Assembly (NCBI GenBank): GCA_965203295.1
Contig: CBDBCZ010000018.1
Location: 32,001 to 96,000 of the forward strand
Direction: 5' to 3'
DNA from: Nitrospirales bacterium
GTDB lineage: Bacteria; Nitrospirota; Nitrospiria; Nitrospirales; UBA8639
DNA length: 64,000 nt
Position 1 is the first letter of the stretch. Each line of letters begins with the position of its first letter. Shown here in pieces: positions 56,694 to 64,000 of the stretch. Position numbers and translations under genes: made by a program. The notes beneath the pieces are model-generated. The model was not told the DNA's origin. It saw nothing but the letters and a program-made list of their open reading frames with translations, and did no database searches.

Positions 56694-57458
56694 ATGTATA
56701 AGCAGAGGTATAGGCAAAAGTGTGTTAGAGTTAGGTTTGGTGACATTTTGTCTGTTCAGCGCTCTAAAGTTGAGAAAAAAACTATGTCTAAACAGACATC
56801 ACAAGTCGACAAAATTGTGGCAGGGACGCTCGCAGCTAAGCTCGATTCAGCTGACAGAGGCTCAGTAATTGGGTTTGTCCTGGCTAACAGAACCACCCTA
56901 GAATCCCTACAGCCTGAGGAAGCCGCAAGGAAGGTCATGGAGGGCACAAACCGCGCTGATTGCCCTCAGCTCCGACACAACCTTCATTTTGCTCTAGGGG
57001 TCGCGCAGAAGCGCACAGCATCTGGAATGGGGATGGCAACCAAGAGGCCTAGGATGCATATGGGGGAGAGAGACATGCCACCTACACCCCTTGCCAAACC
57101 TGACCTCGTCACTCTCGCCCTGTGGGACTGCACAGGAGGCACGTGTAAAGCAGCACTCCTCATATATGGAGAACGCCCAACAGGTGCTAGAGCGCATGAG
57201 TACCTATTCAGTGTTGCAGACAAGTTCCCAATCTCAGGGAGCGTCGGTTCACTCGAGCACGTCATTAAAATCCTTGATGAGAATAGGCTTGAGGTCTGTG
57301 TGCGAGCTGGTGACCGCACAGTGATGATTGGAAGTCTGCTCCTGGGATTTGACGGCATCGTTGAGACAGACGTCAAGGTTGCCACTATTGGCAGTATGGC
57401 CAAAGTTACTACATCTGCAGGGGCCTACGAGTACGAAGGATACCTTACTGTGAACTAA
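56694..57458 (+). CDS. Viral ORF254, copy B
   Basis: Intact; preceded by the palindrome tgcgcatgcgca. Confidence 0.7.
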   Translation: MYKQRYRQKCVRVRFGDILSVQRSKVEKKTMSKQTSQVDKIVAGTLAAKLDSADRGSVIGFVLANRTTLESLQPEEAARKVMEGTNRADCPQLRHNLHFALGVAQKRTASGMGMATKRPRMHMGERDMPPTPLAKPDLVTLALWDCTGGTCKAALLIYGERPTGARAHEYLFSVADKFPISGSVGSLEHVIKILDENRLEVCVRAGDRTVMIGSLLLGFDGIVETDVKVATIGSMAKVTTSAGAYEYEGYLTVN

Positions 57459-57576
57459 AGAGCAGAACAGAGAGAGAGAGAGACAGAGACTCCCTATTGT
57501 GTAGTGTAGTTAGTGTAGTGGAAGTATACATATGTATGAGCTGTTATTAAAGATTCTCTGATAAATATCTGGTAAA

Positions 57577-57882
57577 ATGGCTGTTGGGTACATAAAGGCT
57601 GACACTGATGTCTTCCTGCGGGCTCTTGAGGCTAAAGGACAGATCTACGCACTGCTGACATATCCAAAGGAGAGTCTCACTGTTGTGTTTGCCGGGCAGA
57701 AACTGATTACTGAGACACTATATTCTGGCTACAGCAAGGCACCCATCCCTGAGTGTATGCGCGATTGGCTGACTGGAACAAGAGCGCAGATGTACACTAT
57801 AACTGGAAAAGGCCTAATGCTACATTATGGACCTTTGGAGCGCAGGAAGATTATCTTTTACACTAGTCACATGATCAAATGA
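57577..57882 (+). CDS. Viral ORF103 variant (101 aa, 6-bp deletion)
   Basis: KAPIPEC here versus KAPIHIPEC in copy A. Confidence 0.65.
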   Translation: MAVGYIKADTDVFLRALEAKGQIYALLTYPKESLTVVFAGQKLITETLYSGYSKAPIPECMRDWLTGTRAQMYTITGKGLMLHYGPLERRKIIFYTSHMIK

Positions 57883-58436
57883 AGTATAATTATTGTTTAA
57901 TTGATAAAATGGCGACACCTACTCCAACCCCCCCAAATCCTACTGTTGCTACTCTTAAACAAGTAACCAAACCTACTGTTCCTAAGTTTAAAGGGATGTG
58001 TTGGGGTACCCAAGTCGACTGTTACCCAGACGGAGAACCAGAAGACGTAGTGACGTATGCCACTCTGCTAACACCCCCTGAAGAAGGAAAGGAGTGGTCA
58101 GTGTTTGATGGCATTGACTTATTGAAGTATGCAGCTCAAGCTGAACCATCCTACGATACAGCCGCTGATGCAGTCAACTGCACTGTTGCTCGCGAATTGA
58201 AAATCACCCTTACACCACCAGTGCTCCACAGGCCTGGATGTTACATTGCTGTTCCAGCTGCGCGGACAGTACAGGTACTAAACGGTGTGAAGAGCCAATA
58301 TTACGGCATTTCAGTGTACGTTACTGTTGCTAGTAGGGGAGTCACTGCCAAAGTCTCTACCGAACTTGTTTCATCTGCTAAAGCAATCGAGAAGGTAATC
58401 GCTGAAGAACAGACAGCCACCAAGTCTGTAGTCCCA
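57879..58436 (+). pseudogene. Truncated third copy of ORF453 at the right junction
   Basis: Identity stops after gtctgtagtccca; the ORF reads through into unrelated recombinase-element DNA. Confidence 0.85.
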
Positions 58437-59903
58437 ACTTTTGTTTCCGATTCAGGCAGTGAAGAAGTGCAGTCCACTCGAAGGAAACCAGCTCCCCAAA
58501 AAGCAACTACTCGACAGAAACCGCCCACTCCAAGGAAACCACCCACGCCTCACAAGGATCCAGAATACCAGAAAAAAAAAAACACAACATTTCCCAAGGT
58601 TTTCGAGTACGGATCCTACATTGGTTGCCTTTCATGACTACCTCACCAGTCTGGATGGGGGTAAAAGGTCGGCACAGAAGGCAACAGAGATAGTCGTTGA
58701 TATTAACAAGTACCTCCACTTTGCCAACTCTGAGGCATGCGACATGAATCTTCTCCTGGATGATGACAAGTTGAGGCAGTACATGACCAAGCTAGAGACC
58801 AGCGGGATCGGGCCAGATGGCATTGTCAGCAAGCTAAATACAATGACGTATGCACTACGATATCTATCATACCAGCATCGAAAGGATGTCAGTCAATCGA
58901 TAGTGCACGACATTGAAGTAGTAGTGCAACAGATTCAGCGCTGGAAGAGTTTGTATATGAAGCAGAAGAAGGGTCGGGCAGCAGATCGGCTCAGTGAATT
59001 TGCAGCTGAGGGCTCTCTGCCACAGACATTCCTAACTTCAGTGAAGGGCCGGAGATTGTAAGCTTTTTTGCCAACATTGTTGGCAAATGTGAAGCCAAAC
59101 GTCCAATCTCCTCCAGCGATTTTGTCTCCTCCAGCGATTTGTCTCTTGCCACTGGATTCGTAGCAGGTATATTGGTCTACAAGAACCTGCATCGAGTTGG
59201 GGCAGTCGTCGGCATGAAAGTACAGGAAATTCAACAGGCCAAGTACAAGGAACGAGGAGATCACCAGTTCCTCGTAGTCAGCGTTAAGAAACACAAAACT
59301 GCCTCGTCTGGGCGTGGTACTGTAGTGGCAAAAGATGGTGACATCACCATTGTTCAGAATTACCAAAAACTTATTCGGTCACGCATAACAAGCGACCCCG
59401 ATGGATACTTTCTGGTCAACACCCAAGGTACCAAAATCCATAATTTAAACCAGTTACTACAGCGTGTTGCAGCATTAGGTCAGGGCAAGTTCCTCACAGC
59501 CACTCAGGCTCGAAAGGTGGGGGCAACGGAGCACACACGAGGGGAGTGCTCCTATACCGAGGCAGCTGGGCTGAGCAAGCATATGGGGCATTCCTTGGCC
59601 ACAAGCAGCAAATATTACCAGGTGAATGTCACTCCAGACGAACACATTGACACATTTGAAAGGATAGCCACCCTGGGAAAGCGCAAGAAAAGAGATGCCT
59701 CACCACCCCCACCTCCAAAGCGACTAGCATGGTCGGAGAACCAAACGAAGCTCATAAAAGACTACTTTAAGGTAGCAATTGCCAGTGGTACGGCTGTTAC
59801 TCTGTCTGAAGCCAGAGACTTCCTTCGAGTGAACAATATACCTGGACGCACTCCCAAAGCGGTCCAAGACAAGGTGAAGACCATCAGAAGACAAAAGCGA
59901 TAG
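58437..59903 (+). pseudogene. Tyrosine recombinase with Myb/SANT-like tail, 5'-truncated and frameshifted
   Basis: NLHRVGAV (R), KHKT (K), TQARK (R), HMGHS..SKYY (H, Y), WSENQT..F..RTPKAVQDKVK; same architecture as 4591-6486. Confidence 0.8.
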
Positions 59904-60701
59904 AAAACAGTTTGAACTTGCACTTACAGGATTGTGTTTACTTACGTAGTATTGTTGAGTTTCCTGCATATTACCTCAAATATTACTCTGTTGGGTTAAC
60001 CTTCCACCTGCAATAAAGTACTTAGCCACGGGAACACACAAAACGGTAAAAAATAATGAGGACAATATACACAAGAACATTCAAAATATGAGGGACACGA
60101 CCTTTTTTAGGTAAGGACACCAAAAAGACTCACACAAAAGACATAAAAGGGCAGTATTGCACTGGTAGCAAAAACGGTGACACTGTCTTCTTGGGCAGGG
60201 ACACCACCAGGTTATCAAGGGACAAATGCTGCAAAAATCATAAAAGCGAAATAAAAAAGCTTGAGGGCAAAGATTAAAGTTCCTGCCAGTATTCTTTTAT
60301 GTATGGGGTTGGTATTCTTGTGACCTAATATGAAGAAGATATTAAAATTCTCATAGGAAAAAGGTTTAGAAGAGAATTAAAAAAATAATTTGATATTCAC
60401 TGTTGGAAGAATACATGCTCTCTTTTGATATGAGGTTGATGATGGTTAGGGTGAATTTTGTTTTAAATAATTTTTACAACTTTACCTCGGAGAAAATCAA
60501 GCTGACAACTTCAGCCGCTTTTGTATATCCCATAACTAAACGTTAAGAATACGTAAGTAAGGTGTTAAGGCAACTTATATCTTGTAACAAAAAGTACAAA
60601 GTGTTTGCTAGGGTAAACAGTAATGTAGATAGAGTATGTAGCAAAAACGGCAATGGCAATTGTTGTTTTGAGACAACTACATTTTTTTGGTGCGTCCCTT
60701 T

Positions 60702-60834
60702 CCACATTTTGTGGGGTTGTCATAGACACACCTTTCTTGAGGTCTTGCTCTGCCTTGCATTCTTCAGGTCGCTCTCTGCAGAGGAGCCATGATCTCTGGT
60801 TCGCTTCGCCTTGGTGATATACAATTGCTTAGTA
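60702..60834 (-). repeat. Inverted ~130 bp duplicate of 15782-15914
   Basis: Reverse complement of ctactaagcaattgtatatcaccaaggcgaagcgaacc...gtgtctatgacaaacccacaaaatgtg. Confidence 0.88.
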
Positions 60835-62580
60835 GGCCTAACCCTTGCATTAAAGTAGGAGAACAATGTTTCACTGGGGGTGTCCCTCGAAGGACACAAC
60901 TTGAAACCCGAAAATTGAATTGCAGTGCTAATAGGTCTCGAGAACACTAACCCCATGCATGAAAAAAGCAGAACAATATTTTGATTGGGTGCGTCCCTCG
61001 AGGGACACAACTCGAAACCCTTGCGAACTGCAAATTTAGTGTCTAATGATCGTCGCTTGCAAAAAGTGTCCCTGAAGTGTCCCTTGAGGGACACACCTCC
61101 AAACCCCGAAATTTAAAATGCAGTCACTTCACAAAAAAACTTGCTCAGCTATGCAAAAAAATTATACCAAAATGTTCCTCTAATAGTCAGCAGTCCAAAT
61201 ATATATACATAAATATAATTTGTTCCTTTTCAAAACTCAGCCCATTTTTCACACCTCTGCGAACAGTTAGCAAACACCTCCTGGAGGTGATACAAAGGGT
61301 TTCTCAATAGATTAGAGCAATCTGAAACTTACTTTTTTTCCTGTGGCCTGTTGGAGTTTTTACCAAGTCACATGACATCACCAGATCCAGCACATGGTTC
61401 TCTGTTAGTTTCAGAAGTAAATGTGAGCTGGTTGCGAGGAGATACATACAAGAACTTTTCAAGCGAGCAAGCGGAAGAGAAGACCCAAATTTGGTATCTA
61501 AGTGAAAAAAACTCCGGAATAGATAAGATTGTGAGAAGTTTGGGAAAGTTTACATGTGTAAGAAACTTTTAAATGCAGGATTGTGTTTACAGTTGTGTAG
61601 CCACCATTTGCCTTCTCTGTGGAAGTGAAAACCAATTAAAATAGGAAGTCTACAAAAAACATACTTCCCATGCATAGTTTTCAACCAAACTTGGTATTAA
61701 TAGAGTCCACTCCATGCTAATTAACTTTAATTAAAAAATAATTAAATTTATTAACAGTTATTACTGCCAAACCATTTCTCCTGATTTTAACATACCTATG
61801 TGCAGGTTTGAGAAGTGGATGTTCGCAAATTGAGATCAGCTCAGACAAGCCGAGGTTGTGGGAAGTTTCAGGAATTTGTAGGCGTAAGTTAACTAACTCA
61901 GTAAAGTAATTAGTATAAAAGGCTATTCGAACTTCCAGGAGGAAGTGACAAGCGCTATTCTATTCCTTATTACAGACGAGTCAATCCACCATGAAGAACT
62001 GCATAGGCCGGTGGTTTGTGGTTCTGATTTTGTGTGCCTCAGCTGATGTCAGCCATCCTAGGCCAGGTGTGTTCATATTTTTAGGTCACCAAAGATGTAA
62101 TATTAAAGTCATTTAGATGTTCTTTTAGACACAGCTTTCCATGATGTCACGATGTGTGGCCCAGGCACCAACTTGGGACTGGTTCTCATGTTTGTGATTG
62201 TTGCTCTGGCAATTTCACTGGAGGTTAGTCATCGTAAAATTGCATATTCTCCATATGCAATCATGATTGGCATCCCTTGGTACTAAAAATCCTCTCAATC
62301 TAACAGAATAAAAGCAGAGAACCAGGTCATCTGAGCCAATGCCTGTTCAGAGTGAAATGGATAGCAGGTCAGCTAGAGACACTTGAGCAAATCCAAAACT
62401 TGAAGATCACTGTACTCTACCTTGTATTCAACAGACACGTTAATTTATCTGACACCAATCAAGGATATGGTTGAGGTCTGTTTGTAGTAAAACTTGGTAT
62501 TACAATTATTAGCTTGAATACAAATGCTAGAATATTTAATCTGTGTAAGACAGCTAAACATTGTGCTGGTCTGCTATAAG

Positions 62581-64000
62581 GGACTGATAGTTCAGGTGAC
62601 AATTCTTACAAGCTGCCATCTCTGGTGCTTGGGAATGACTTCTGCAAATGCAAATGTTTCATTGTTAATATTTAATTTGTTACAGACTCTCGCAATGAAA
62701 GGAGCATGGACCTGACTGCCCCATCACCTCCAGGTAATTTGTTGACGGTGATTAGGAAGACAGCTTGCTTTTAGAATTAGTATGCATTGTTAAGGAAGCT
62801 AAAACAAAAGGACTGAATAGGACTGATACTTCAAGTGACAGCCCTTATAAGCTGCCATCTCTGGTGCTTGGGAACAGCTGCTGCAAATGTAAATGTTCAT
62901 TGTTAATTTAATTTGTTGCAGACTCTCGCAGTGAAAGGAGTGTGGACCTGACTGCCCCACCACCTCGAAGTAAGTTGTTAACGATGATTAGGAAGATAGC
63001 TTGTTTTTAGAATCAGTATGTTTCATTGAGGGAACCAAAACAAAAGGACTGAATAGGACTAAAAGTTCAGGTGACAGTCCTCCATAAAGTCTACTAGCTC
63101 TCAAACATTTGTTCATCTTACAAGCTGCCATCTCTAGTGCTCCGGAACTGCTGCTGCAGATGCAAACATATCATTCTGAATGCTTAATTTCTTTACAGCC
63201 GCTCGATATGACCCAGGTATAGATCTGCTGGCTCAGTCCGGTGCAGAAAGACCAGAGGAGGATCATTCCAGCAATGCATGAGGAGAAGAAAAGGGTAAAC
63301 CCTTCTTTCCCCACAGCACCCCTTCCTGGTCAGCCTGCATGACTATCTCATCAGTCGGCATGGGCGGAGCCACTCACACAGTGAGGCGAAACAAATTTGC
63401 AACGACGTCAGCCGGTACTTGTACTTTGCCTCCCCGGAGGCATTGAAGAACCTTTTACTGGATAGCGTGAAACTCAATTCTTACTTACAGTCACTAGAGC
63501 AAACCGTCCAGCCATCTACCCAGAATGCTAAACTCAACCGAATTCGGCAGGGCATCCACTTCCTCAGCCTCGGCCTCAACACTGCAAACCTCCCCAAAGT
63601 TCAGCGGGTGGAAAGACTTATTAAGAACTGGTCAGCTGTGCTGGCCAAGTCTGCCCGCGTCACCAATCGTGAGCGCCTGGAGGACAAATCCGAAGAGCCC
63701 CTGAACTTTGGGGATGTTGACTCCTTCGTCAGCTCCAAACAGCTGGAGCAGCTGACGAAGTCGCTAGTGAGGGATGCCAAGCGTGGCATTCCCATCGATC
63801 ACGGCAACCTGCAGGATGTGGAGATATGGCTGGCAGGATCTCTTTTGCACACAAACTCCCAGAGGCCGGATGCAATTGCAAATATGACTACCGCCCAGTG
63901 CAGGAGGGCCACGGAGAAGAAGACCACACGTGTGGTGATCCGTGTCCAGCAGCACAAGACCAAGACAACAGGTTCTGCCATGATCACTGTGAAGGGAGCC
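62581..64000 (+). pseudogene. Fourth tyrosine-recombinase-family copy, continuing beyond the window
   Basis: Duplicate of 19633-20724 that continues into NSQRPDAIANMT (catalytic R box) and QHKTK; small indels and stops near 63280-63450. Confidence 0.75.

Larger units (their letters stand above)
44045..58436 (+). mobile_element. Endogenous HUH/SF3-Rep DNA virus-like element, copy B (~1.1 units, unit 12970 bp)
   Basis: 44045-45466 is directly repeated at ~56986-58436; the ORF453 start occurs at 44909 and 57879. Confidence 0.85.

Noticed and set aside
27333..58436. Helitron (HUH + OTU)
   Set aside because: The helicase is SF3-type (compact Walker A, B and motif C), not Pif1/SF1; no fixed TC...CTRR ends; copies are circularly permuted.
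27333..58436. Polinton/adintovirus or bidnavirus
   Set aside because: No recognisable protein-primed PolB, retroviral-type integrase, packaging ATPase or TIRs.
27333..58436. Pure assembly artefact of one copy
   Set aside because: The copies differ by a TSD-flanked piggyBac, several indels and substitutions, and ORF103 has three distinct versions. Long-read confirmation is still desirable.
57879..58637. 252-aa virus-recombinase fusion protein
   Set aside because: Chance read-through across the junction, ending after a frameshifting A-run.

Overview
Eukaryotic, intron-containing, probably invertebrate-animal DNA made almost entirely of nested mobile elements. No ordinary host gene is recognisable. 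The centrepiece (27333-58436) is an endogenous virus-like element with a ~12.98 kb unit, present as two recent, slightly longer-than-unit, circularly permuted copies in inverted orientation that meet at a fold-back junction near 44045. It encodes a very large replication protein (papillomavirus-E1-like acidic N-terminus, OTU protease, HUH endonuclease, SF3 helicase; split at a C9 tract, with a predicted terminal intron), two histone-fold proteins (one fused by splicing to a Zn-finger protein through an H1-like Lys/Ala tract), several orphan ORFs that may be structural, and a control region with a TATTAC stem-loop and ACATTCCC iteron-like repeats. Around it are four degenerate copies of an intron-rich tyrosine-recombinase gene family (one carrying a SETD8-like SET domain), a Penelope-like retroelement interrupted by a deleted Ty3/Gypsy element, two piggyBac transposons plus a non-autonomous relative, a truncated IS630/Tc1-like transposase and a ~181 bp satellite. 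All family calls come from motif recognition by eye; no searches were run.
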